Below are positions 13,168 through 30,830 of a stretch of DNA of 64,000 nucleotides, piece by piece. The stretch spans positions 248,001 through 312,000 of the forward strand of contig NW_005434635.1 of the NCBI RefSeq assembly GCF_000315625.1, given 5' to 3'. The stretch comes from Guillardia theta CCMP2712 (lineage: Eukaryota; Protista; Cryptophyta). The notes below the pieces were generated by a model. That model searched no databases and was not told where the DNA came from. It saw nothing but the letters and a program-made list of their open reading frames with translations. The position numbers and the translations under genes are program-made. How positions within the stretch are numbered: the first letter of the stretch is position 1; the number at the start of each line of letters is the position of its first letter.

Positions 13168-14893
13168 ATGGGACGAGGGTCTGTCAGCGGAAATAGAACC
13201 ATGGAGCGGTTCGAGGCGTGCACAGCTCACGCCAATGCCGCGGGGTGGGAGGGTCGAAGATGGGGAAGGGGAAGGGGAGCCATCGCAGCTACTTCGGCGG
13301 CACTGCTTCTATGCCTCGTTGTCCTCGTCTCGATCGGAGGGAGAAAGACTTCTGTCTTGCAGGAAGAGGTGAGATGATAGTTGTCCATACTTGTTTGTTT
13401 GTTATGTGGACCAGCACTTGCTCATTGATGTCACCCTTCACTCTATCTTCTGACATATCTTCACCACAGGGAACAGACTCGAAGATGGAGGCTGCAGAGA
13501 AGCTGGCGAAGTGGTCAAAGGAAGTGAACGATTTGGAGGCTGAAGTCAAGAAGTTCGAGGTCGAGGCCAACGAGAAGGCCGTGGACGAGCTTGTGCACCT
13601 AGCTAAGGTCAAGGATCTGCTAAATCAGCTCAAGGATCAGGTCCCTCTTGAGGCTCCTCCGAAGCCCTGGAGCTACGAGGGAGCGACTGGGCCTGACCAT
13701 TGGGCTGAACTCTCCTCTGACTATCAGCTTTGTGGTGCTTGCTGAGTACGGCGCGAGGTTGGTGGTGACGAAGGCGGCAGGTACCGGGCAGCAGCAATCT
13801 CCCATCAACATCGAGCTTGACCTGCAGCAAGCGTCTCTCCCATCTCTTGGATGGGTTTTGCCCAAGGACGTAAGGCCCTTTGACTTGCTGCCTCTCGAGC
13901 ACACGTGCGCGCGATGGCGATCTGAAGCTTTCTGTTTCCATGGTTCAGAATGCTGCGGTGACGACCAAGACCGGAGACAGTGCGCTAGCTGGACGTGAGT
14001 CTCCTGCCAGCTCCCCCTGTGCCTGGCTGAACCTCCGCGCAGGGGAGTTTTACAACGGCCACACGTTTGAAGTTGAAAGCCTTGGGTCACCTACTCTCCT
14101 TCTGGGTGGTGTTACGTGAGAAACCTTTGTGAAGGGCGACGCTCTTGCTTGCTGAGCTTCACTGCAGATACACCCTGGAGCAGTTCCACTTCCACACCCC
14201 TTCCGAGCACAAGGTTGCGGGCAGGCACTATGATATGGAGATGCATTTCGTGCACTCGGCCATGGTGGACGGCCAGAAGAAGCTTGCTGTGATTGCAGCA
14301 TTCTTCGAAGTGGTGTGTGTTGTGCGATTCTGATCTTTACATGTGAGTGACTTTCTATCTTCAGGGCGATAACTCTCCCGCGTTCGTCAAGCAGTTGTTC
14401 GAAACTGCCCTACCGAGCGTCAGCAGTAATCCGACGGCTTTGGCTCCAAACTTGGACTTCAGGGTGAGAATTTGAATGGTTCCTCTTCGCCCCTGATCCT
14501 GTTCCTCCAGGGGATCGCCCAGGAAGTTCTCGTCGGGACTGTCCCTACCAAGCTCGAGTCCGCCAACGAGTTCGTTCCCAACTTCAAGAACTACTTCCAG
14601 TACACGGGATCCCTCACAACCCCCCCTTGCACTGAGGGTGTGACGTGGGTCGTGTTGAAGAATCCAGTTGACATCACGGTAGGATTCAAGGAGCTCCCCT
14701 CCCTCCCTCCGCCTTCTCCCTTTCAGCCCCCTCCCCCTCTTTCTCCCTTCAATGTCCTCGCCACTTGCGCTGAGTTTGTCTGACACAGGCGGCCGATCTC
14801 AGCGCCATTCAGAATCTGGAGGGAAAGAACAGTCGGCCGACACAGCCGTTGAACGGACGTGTCGTCCTTGACGTGGGCGGCTCAACCCCATGA
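13168..14893 (+). CDS. Alpha-carbonic anhydrase with N-terminal hydrophobic anchor and coiled coil, multi-exon
   Basis: WSYEGATGPDHW, QQSPINI, YNGHT, QFHFHTPSEH, EMHFVH (three Zn-binding His), YTGSLTTPPCTEGVTWVV, NSRPTQPLNGR. Stop TGA 14891-14893; the start could be 13201. Confidence 0.93.
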
Positions 14894-14984
14894 ACGCAGC
14901 CCTCCTTCTCTCCCTTGCAAACTTTTATCATCACTTAAGCTAGATTCTACCCTCAAGTCAGTGTACAACTGCAACCAACAACTC

Positions 14985-15894
14985 AATAAATCAACAGAAG
15001 CCATCTGTTGCCATCTCTGCTGCTAGTCGCTACAGGTCTGGTCCAGAGGAATCTGACTCGTCGTCCGTCCCTTGCTCCTCGTCCTCTTCGTACACGAGAT
15101 GAAATCTGGGCCATCCTCTCAGTCCCTACACTCATCCCATCGACAGTACCTCCCCATCAATCCGACGCAGCAAGAAACCAGCTCGTCACTCTCTCCGAAC
15201 TGAACCTTCCACGTACCTGACACAGCAGGTCACAGGGATCGAAATGAGGACAAGTACCGTGAGTCGCAGGATCCGGTTCCACCAGCACCCCAACCTGACC
15301 CACGTAGGGCTGGCACCAATCCTCGTTTGCAAAGGATGCAGCTATCTTGACTTTCTCTCCTGGTTTGATCCTCTTGTCAAAATCTTTGACGATCCCTACA
15401 CCACAGTCAGCAGGACAGCAAACAGCAGTCTCAGCATGTGACCTCTCCCCGCATCACTGACAGTCCTGCCTCGGAAGTCATCCAACACAAGGTCAACTTT
15501 CGCCTGGCTCAGGTCCTCCTTCCTCCTGACGTCTGCCTCCTCCCTGCAGATGCTCCTCTCCATCGGCCTCGCTACCCCCTTGGATGTCCTGCTCTTCCTT
15601 TGAAAGACGCCTTCCTCCAGCGACGGCAGCCTCGAAGCAAAGTGAATCGAGCTCCTGCCCTCGTTGACCTGCGTGCTGGCAATCTGGTCGGCGAATGGCA
15701 GAGGAGTAGGAAGCAGTTGGATCCTCTTACCTTGAGTCGTGTGACTTGACCCTCCTCCACTCCTGCCCCACGTTCCTCATCTCCTGCCGCTCCTTGGAGC
15801 TGATCCGTCCTGGTGCTGCATGGCGCACAGGGATCAATTGGAGCATGTTTGCACTTGATTCTGGTCTTTCACCTGTCTTCCTAGGTGCGCTCAT
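14985..15894 (-). CDS. Hypothetical multi-exon protein
   Basis: ATG 15894 (MSAPRKTGERP..), GTAAG donor near 15730 and further short exons (VGVLVEPDPATH, GTWKVQFGESDELVSCCVGLMGRY). Boundaries are approximate. Confidence 0.4.
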
Positions 15895-16201
15895 GAGGAG
15901 AGCTTGCACGGTCGTACAACAAGGCAACCTTGGTGCTGCGTAACTATCAGATCAAATGATGTCAGTCACCGTCTGAGTCTGTCATTGAGAAGATAGATGG
16001 CGTGTTGGAACTAGAGCAGCTAGAGAGAAATGAGAGTAGAGCGAAAGAGGAGGAAAAGGACATGTAAATCTGGTTTCTGTCAAAAACAAGCGCATCAACA
16101 ACAAATGTCATCTTCATGTTCGAACCGAACGACGATATTCATGTCGACGTCTTGCATGCAGCTATACATGCCCCCTGGATCAGATCGCACCCACTTGCCA
16201 T

Positions 16202-16371
16202 GGCGGCACATCAGAAGCTACACCATCGTCCTCTACTGAGAGCGCAGCTGCTGCGCTTGCATGTCGACGCGCGGACTAGGGGAGCCATAGGGCCGCAAGG
16301 GCGAAAGGGCCACTGCCAGGCAACTGGCAAGGCGGTCAATCCTCTCTGGTTCTTGAAATGTCTGCCTTTTT
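16202..16371 (+). ncRNA. Candidate structured non-coding RNA of unknown family
   Basis: 5' GGCGGCACAT can pair with 3' ATGTCTGCC, which is followed by T5. Internal hairpins AGCGCAG-CTG-CTGCGCT and TGCCAG-GCAA-CTGGCA. Intergenic; folded by eye only. Confidence 0.3.
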
Positions 16372-16574
16372 CAATTTACTAGGAATGAATCTGAGGCGGG
16401 CCTATGTTTTAAAAGAAATCGAAGATATTTCATGGTCGATGATGGACAGCGGGTGTTAGAGCACAAGAACAAGTTATGCTTTAGGTTGTATGTGGTGTAG
16501 AACAGAAGAACAGCGCGCGTTGAATGTCTCGTTACGGTACTACTCAGTTCCTTCGATCCTCATGTCCTGCTGGT

Positions 16575-17643
16575 TCACTTCCTCAACCTGGGTCGAGGAG
16601 GCTCGGCAGACCAGTCGACGGTGACCTGAGCAACGGATGTTAAAGGAAGAGGGAGGGACGGAGAGGATACAAGATCAGGAAACTCAGAAGCAGATTCACG
16701 ATAGAGTTCCATCTCCTGCGCAAGATGTAGATCAGAAAACGAGAGGACGGGGCTGGCGTGTTTGGAAGGAGAGGGAAGGAGGAAGAAAGGACAAACCTCG
16801 TCAGTCAGGAGACAGTCATCCAGGAGTGCTTCGATCTTCTCTTTCTGCATGTCTACCCCAATGAACACGATCTCCTGTCGCCTGTCCCCCCACTCGCACT
16901 CTTTGCTGCCAAAGTCGGAGATGATCTGTCAAGGGTCTCAGCCAGCTGCTCTCCCAGCAGGGAGCTGAAAAAAACGCCCACACCTCCTTGAGCTCATCCT
17001 GGCTCTTGGGCCAGAACTTGAGGGGGGTGGCGGCCCAATACATCCCAAAGTCTTTGAGGTCGAAGAACTGCACAGACAGAAACTCAGCAGCATGTGAGGG
17101 ATGGAGAGCTCAGAGAGTAGAGGGCTGGAGGCTGGGGGGGGGGAGGAGGTAAGCGGAAAGAGGAAGATGGAGGGGGGAAGGCGGAAGAGTCGCTGAGAGT
17201 TCCTAACCTGCCCTGCGTGCGACCAGAAGAGGGCGACTCGATGGTACGTGCTGAGCCAGACGAAGCTTGAGAGTGAGAGCACGTGTGGAGGAAACATAGC
17301 AATTCAGTTCCCTTGGCTTCCTCCCTATCGGCTCCTCACCCCTTGCTCCTCAAGATGTTTCTCATCGGATTGTCGCTTTGTTCGCGGCTGCCCGCAGCTA
17401 CCCCAGGGATGACCCATCCTTCCTGCTCAGTCGGGTGAGATCAGAACGCTCAAGTGTTTGGGTCAAACCTTGCCGCTGCTGCTGCTTGATTTGATGGGAA
17501 GCATCTTGATGACGGCCTTGAGCCGATCCGGATGGAATGGTCTGCAACATTGTTAGAACATCACCTCCACTAGAGCTACAAGTGACCTTCGCCGAGTGTA
17601 CACGAATGATGTGATGCCGAACTTCGTTTCGGGGTCGTCATTA

Positions 17644-17681
<38 letters not shown>

Positions 17682-19125
17682 GGAGTGGGAGTGGGAGGCA
17701 TCTGTACATTCAGGATCATCACAAGCAGCATCGTGGGTATGCGCATGATGGCTGTGCGATGTGTCTGTGCAGGTGGGATCGGTACAAGCAGCGTCATGCG
17801 CGTGACTGTGGTCGTGAGCATGAGATGGATCCTTGCAATCCGCATCGTTACACTCCGTGTGAGAGTGATCATGCCCGTGAACCTCCTTGACGCCCTCATG
17901 GCTAGAATGCTCTTCCTCCTTCTTGTCCTTGAGCAGAGCTGACTTGACCACGGACCGGAAGTCATCCTCATCATCGGCCTGGGCAACCCAGGAGGACCTT
18001 TCAGAGCCCAGTACCACCGACAGGTCGACCTTGCCGAACTTGGAGGGGATGATGTCAGCTGTAGGGTTGAGGAAGGATACGATTTTCTTCAATCGCTCCA
18101 TCTGCCCGTCATTCACCAGGTCCGCCTTGTTGAGGAGGACGTAGTCTGCCACTTCCACCTGCTCTGTCAGCAGGTCGACGATCTTGCGGTCCGTGAAGAC
18201 CATGTTGTTGTCGTCTTCGATCAAGTCTGCGCGGTCCTGGATCCCCTCAGCTGACTGGTACATGGACAGGAAATTTGCGGCGTCAACGACGGTCACCATG
18301 TTCCTCAGCTCCGCATAATCGAGCGCGGGGTGTCCTGCATACTCCATCTCGTAGAACTGCTTCCTGATGTTCTTGGGCTCCGCTACTCCGCTCAGCTCGA
18401 TCACGATGCGGTCAAATGGGTCTTCTCTCTCCGCTGAGACGATCAGCAGCTTCATGATCGCCTGCTCGGGTTGTCAGCCACTTTCCTCCCCACCCTTCCC
18501 CCCTACCCCTCCCCGCCTGGTCTCCCCCATCTCCCCACCCCACCTGCAAGAGCTCCTCCGACGCTGAGCAGCATGCACAGCCGTTCTGCAGCTCCATCAC
18601 ATCCGAGCTGTCTACCAGCTCACCGGCGAACGATGTCAGCCCCCTCTTGGTCTCCGTCTTAACCAGCTTCGAGTCAATGTTCACAGCAGCCATGTCGTTG
18701 ACAACGATTCCAACTTTCAGCCCTCCCTTGTTCTGCAGCATCTCTTGGAGCAAGGTTGTCTTCCCCGATCCCAGGAACCCAGACAGCAGAGATATCGGAA
18801 TCTTCTCCTGCGAAGGCGTGAGCGGGTCCAGCAAACAGCACTTCTGCCTTACCAAGGCATCTCCATCTTCAGACATCTTCAACGCCCTCCACGACGACCC
18901 GTGGCCTCGCAATGCTGCAGTCTTGACGCTTCTTGCCCTCAAAGAGGAGGAGAATGTGCATCTGTTGTTGGATACTAGCTTCACAGGGCTCGGCATCAAG
19001 TTTGGAGTGAATGCCATGCTCCCCTTTGCTCTCGCAGGAGCTCCGAAGTTCATGGAAGCCTGCGATGACACGGCAGCATGAAACCCCAAGAGGATGAGGA
19101 AGATGAGGGTGGTGTTGTGCCTCAT
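16575..19125 (-). CDS. COG0523/CobW-family (ZNG1-like) G3E GTPase metallochaperone with a bipartite targeting leader
   Basis: ISLLSGFLGSGKTTLL (Walker A), VVNDMAAVNID, MELQNGCACC (CxCC), IVIELSGVAEP, LLNKAD, a His/Cys-rich insert, FGITSFVY, and C-terminal GDRRQEIVFIG. The leader has a hydrophobic signal peptide and SMAFTP. Confidence 0.92.
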
Positions 19126-19699
19126 ACCACTTCTTGCTCGTCTGCAGCAGACAGTAAGTCCCTCCTCCCACTCTCCTCTCCATCGCTCCCTCCCTACACA
19201 TCGAATCCAAGAAACTCCCTCGCTCGTCCACCTGGACCCTACATGGCCTCTCAGTCCATCAACCATCACCTAGCTTATCCCTGGCTCCATTTCTTCCTTC
19301 ATGTTCTCCTTCTGCTCTCTCCCTCCCCCTACCCCTCCCCCCTCCCTGCACCCCAACACGTTGCGCCTTCTGCATGGTGCATTTGTACCCCTACTCTTGT
19401 CGGTATCTCACCGTGTACCACCGGTCTTTGGACTCGAAAAATCTCGATGGAAGGAGGGGTACTTTGCTTACTACCCCCGACAAACACTAATATGGTGTAG
19501 CTTGACCAGAGGATGTGGGGGAGAGAGGGAGGGAGGGAGGGAGGAGGGAGGGAGGGAGGAGGGAGAGACAGAGGAGGGGGAGACAGAGCAGGGAGGGAGA
19601 CGTTTCTTTCTTGTTGCCTGCTGACAGTGGACAGGACTCTATGGCACTCCAACAGGAGAGGGTCAGACATACAACACTCTTCACTCTTCACTCACTAAC

Positions 19700-26680
<6,981 letters not shown>

Positions 26681-26930
26681 CTTACGTCACCACCGTGCTC
26701 TGCTTGCAAGGATGAGAGGTTCGCATCAAAGGAGGCCTCCAGCGCTCGTTACCCCAGCACACCTTTACGATCCAGTTGAAGGGTGATCAGGGCGGTGAGG
26801 GCTGAACTGATTGTGTCCCACCAAGATGCAGCGACAACCAACAATATAGGAGGAGGGGTTAGAGGAGGGTGGAAGAGAAGGAGGGGGGAGAGCAGGGCCG
26901 GGGGGCGGAGGCGGCGGAGAACACACCGAG

Positions 26931-27003
<73 letters not shown>

Positions 27004-27109
27004 CAAAGTGAATTTTTCATATTAGTGTTGCTGCACCCTGCCTCAGAATCGTTGATAGAACAAAAAGCAAGTTCACGGTGGCGGCAAGCCTCAGCAGTAG
27101 GCCCTTTAG

Positions 27110-28170
27110 TCTCTGCCGCAAGTTGATGAGTTGACGAGGCCGTGACGGAGCCTCGAAACTTGAAGGGCCGGGCCCGGGGGGCCGGGCCGCTGTTCAGGCC
27201 GCCGGGCCGGGCGCGCGGATCGGAGCTGAGCCTCCGGCCTCGGAGCCGGGCGGCCCGGCCGGGGCCGGTCACTGTCAGCCGTCCGTACGGCCGTAAGCCT
27301 AGTACTAAGACCGTGACGGTCACGTAGTAGCCCGCCGCAAGTTCGTGACCGGGTCCGGCCCGTCACGGCGGCAGTCACGGCGGACACCGTCTGTGACAGT
27401 AGATGTTTTTATTGAATCCAAGCACTGAAGTAGCATCCAAGCCTGGCAAGTACTGTAAGTTTTCCGATTTGAATCAGTTTAGGTGAGATTTGAGTGGATG
27501 CATCAAAAGCAACTTAAATGAAGTGGGCCGGGCAGTGCGGAATCCCACCGTTAAACTGCCATGATTTGTACCACAAAATTTACTAGGGCCCGTTTTTTGC
27601 CGGGAACTTTTATCAAGTTATCTTCCTGTAGCTTTGATCGGACAAGCCTTGAAGCCGGGTGAAGCCTCCTTGTCGGAAGCATGTCACCTGAGGTTGGCAT
27701 GTCGGCCCGGTGACGGCTGAATCATCAGGAGTCCCGGCCCGGGCCCGCCGGCCAGTTGAATCAGCCGCGAGTCACGATGGACTCATGTGCACAGAAATGA
27801 TGCCGGGCCGATAATGAACTCAACCCCCGTGATGCCTCATCTACCATGTTCTCAGTATCATGATCAGATTTCAAGTCATGCCCACTGCGGCATGCCGCAC
27901 CGTCACCGGCGGTGAAGCCTCGGATCGGACTGCTGTGTCCGATCAGTCTTTAAGACACTGCAGTGCGGCTGACTCCGGCCTTGCCAGTTGAAGCCTGCCA
28001 TGTTCAGTGAACCAATGATTGAGGCTTGCCAAGTTGACTAGTAACCTGGCAGACTCAGTCGCGACCCCCCAGATGTTCCGGCCCCCGGCCGCCGGCCCGC
28101 GTCAGGCTCAGCAGTGAGTCAGGCTTCGATTCAGTCCATGCCGCCCGGCGGCAGACGTCGGACTCATTCC
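27110..28170. repeat. GC-rich palindromic-word island upstream of TYW1
   Basis: AACTTGAA, GGCCCGGGCC, GTGAC/GTCAC, CGGATCGGA and AGCCT words. Confidence 0.6.
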
Positions 28171-28449
28171 CGGCGTTCCAATTCCCTTCTGGATTTTTTC
28201 ACGTATCGAAAGGGGTTCTTATTCTCAAATATTTTGATTTGACGGTTCTGAAATTTTGTACTGCGATTGAAAAAGGTTCTGAAATATTATTGTGTAACGA
28301 AAAGAATCCTTTTCGCACAATTTTGGTCCATCTCCCCGCTCAAGCCCACCGTAATTCCCCGGCGCGCGCCGTGCCTGTGAAAATTTTTGCAATGGTCATG
28401 CTTCAGAGAAGCACGAATGAGGGTTCCATCTCTTACAAACAAAATGTTT

Positions 28450-29925
28450 CTATGCCATGGTTGCTTTTCTGAGAATGGTTTTGATCAACGTTAGCATATT
28501 CCAAATCAGTATTTGATGCATGGTGTAGGTTTGTCTATGAAATCGGTGTATACAGAAGTGATTTGATGTTGGTTGTTCAATTTTGCCACTTGTTGCTCCT
28601 TGCGATGATGGGGCAAAATCGTTATTATTGTAGTGTCATTACTCATGCACAATTATGGAGTGTGTTGGATGTGAATGTATTTGAGTCGAGCCAGTGACTT
28701 GTCAACCTGTTCTCATGTCCACCAACAACTTGTAAATCAACAAGATGTAAATCCTTGGTGAGCGTTGATTGCTGCAAGATTTCAAAGACTCGAATACATT
28801 CCTAGCACAGTATTTCAGCTTCAGAGTTTTTCTTCAGAGCAGGCTGTCTTTCAATTGCAGAAATTTTCAGATGAAGATGTTCCGTGAGTAGAGTTGAGAT
28901 CATGTATGAAGTCTCGATGAAATGAATATGAGTTTTGACAAAATCAGGCTTTTCGAACATGTGTTCAGTTTTCCAGGGCCTCAGTGTTGGCAAGGCTTCG
29001 ACATGATGCCAAACATTCATATGTCTTTAGGGACACACATGTGCGGCATATGCGTGCTTGTACTAAAAGACTTGCATGTTTCTGTTGAAAGTCGATCAAC
29101 AGAGGAGAAACCTTGCCATCGCGCATGCTAGTTCGAATCTTTTATTGAAAATAGACATGTTCATTACTGGACTGCATCTACACGATCAACAAGCCCATCC
29201 TTCCTTGTGCATTTGAACTCCGATGTTCAAGTATGTGATCATTGCCACCTGGGTGACACCGCACAAAATACAAGAAGTTTTCTTGCTTCTTGGGTATCAG
29301 TCTTGGATTGCTTCAAAATAGGGCGGAAGGGACGGGCAGTAGATAATTGAATGACCTCAAACTCATCTTTTGTTGCTACATTGAGTACATGCATGCCTGT
29401 TAACAAACAGACGAGGCGAATGCTCACTTGCAGCTTTGCGATTCGACAAATAAGGGCATCAGTGCATGGGCCAGGATATCCACAATGACACGGCAACAAT
29501 CCAAGAACTTTTGGATTGACAAACATTCTAGACATGTAGTCATGCCATTAGAATCAGTAACTTGCCTGAACACAGCTTGTTGATGCAACTGCTCTCCTTC
29601 TGATAATAACATTGATGGCTGTCATTCCAGTCTAAAGTTGATGGGCCATATCCCCCAGTTCCTCTGACAGCAGTTGACTTAGATATTGGCTGAGATGAAC
29701 CAAGATCTCGCTAACGATCAACATGTTCCCTGACTTCGAAAGAAGTTGACATACATCGAAGTTTGAATCCATTGCACTTGGTTCATCACCACAACAGAGC
29801 TGCATTCATGCAAGGTAGGTTCTTTTCAAGACCCTTCTTGTATCTATGCAACAATACAACATGATTCGAAGCATACACGCATGATAATTCGATTGCAACA
29901 CGTCCTCATGGTATCATGGCCATCG
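28450..29925 (-). CDS. Possible lower-GC multi-exon hypothetical gene or pseudogene
   Basis: Series of short minus-strand ORFs (29612-29424, 29535-29239, 29020-28802) with GT/AG-like boundaries; no recognised domain. Confidence 0.3.
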
Positions 29926-30429
29926 CTCCTTGTCGTGGCTCAAGCAGAAGGCGTGTGGGGTTGAGGAATTGACCCACCCCTACCTTCCGATTTCCATCTA
30001 CTCAGGCTTTTTCAAAGGTAGGGGGTACTAGCTTTGGTCAAAGTAATTTGATTCAAATTTCCCTTGCGAGAGGGTCATTGAGCTATGGACCACAGGGGTG
30101 GGTGCTGTTTGACCACTTACCGGTAATCGAATATGATACTTTTCGACGCCAATTCCAGTACGGTGAGCCCATACTTTTAAGATTTCATCCTTCCTCCCTT
30201 GAATCCGATCCACCCCACCCTGACTCTGACGGAGGGAAACGTACCGGTTCTCTAAACTATCTGAAACCACCCATGCGAACCTCACAGAAAATGAGGGACT
30301 TTTGTGGTACAACCTCATGTATGGGGAGCCCTGAGGACCTCCGTACAAATACCACAACGCTTTGGAATAAGTATTTTAAGGGCAGTACAAACAAAACGCC
30401 CTGGTACTAAAGATTCCAGAAGGGAATTG

Positions 30430-30830
30430 GAACGGAATGTCACCGTCACCGTCCGGATATTGCCGATCATGCGGCACTTCATTAGGCTTGGTTCCGAGCG
30501 CCGGCCGCGGCCGCCGGCGCCCAGTGCAGTCGCGGCCAGCGGCCTTAATGGCACGGCCGCCGCCGGGTCACGGGTAGTACCGTACTCTCAGTGCGGCCGG
30601 CCCGCCGGGCGACCGGGGCCCTGGCCGCTGAGTGAGTGGCAGCCTCGGAGTACGGTCACCGCGAGCCGATTAAACTTCGAGTTCAGTAAAAGGCCGTAAA
30701 ACTTCAGCCTGTCCGTGACTTTGAGTAAAGGTCCGTGACTCGAGTCGGAACTTCGGAACGCCGTCACAGCCCGGCCCGGTGTGCCACGCGCGGCCGGGCT
30801 GTGACCGTCGGACTGGATGATGAGTGAAAA
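30430..30830. repeat. GC-rich palindromic-word island containing a perfect 14-bp inverted repeat
   Basis: GTCACAGCCCGGCC (30763-30776) and GGCCGGGCTGTGAC (30792-30805). Confidence 0.65.

Noticed and set aside
16230-16270. TPP riboswitch (CTGAGA present)
   Set aside because: It lacks the downstream ACCTGAT..GGNTAATNCC..GCGNAGG half.
16138-16290. Minus-strand Cys-rich ORF with an in-frame TGA (..WCSF*CAAMASGCDLIQGACIAACK), a possible selenoprotein
   Set aside because: No recognisable selenoprotein fold or SECIS element; the ORF is very short and may be incidental.
16290-16370. Cobalamin riboswitch (GCCACTG..GGCAAGGC resembles part of the B12 element, next to a CobW-family gene)
   Set aside because: The AGGGAA, GCCCCCGCAACTGT and AGCCAGRAGACC core motifs are missing and it lies antisense and 3' to the gene; kept only as an unassigned structured-RNA candidate.
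27110-30830. Autonomous transposon
   Set aside because: No transposase, reverse transcriptase or integrase motifs, and no clear terminal repeats or target-site duplication visible.
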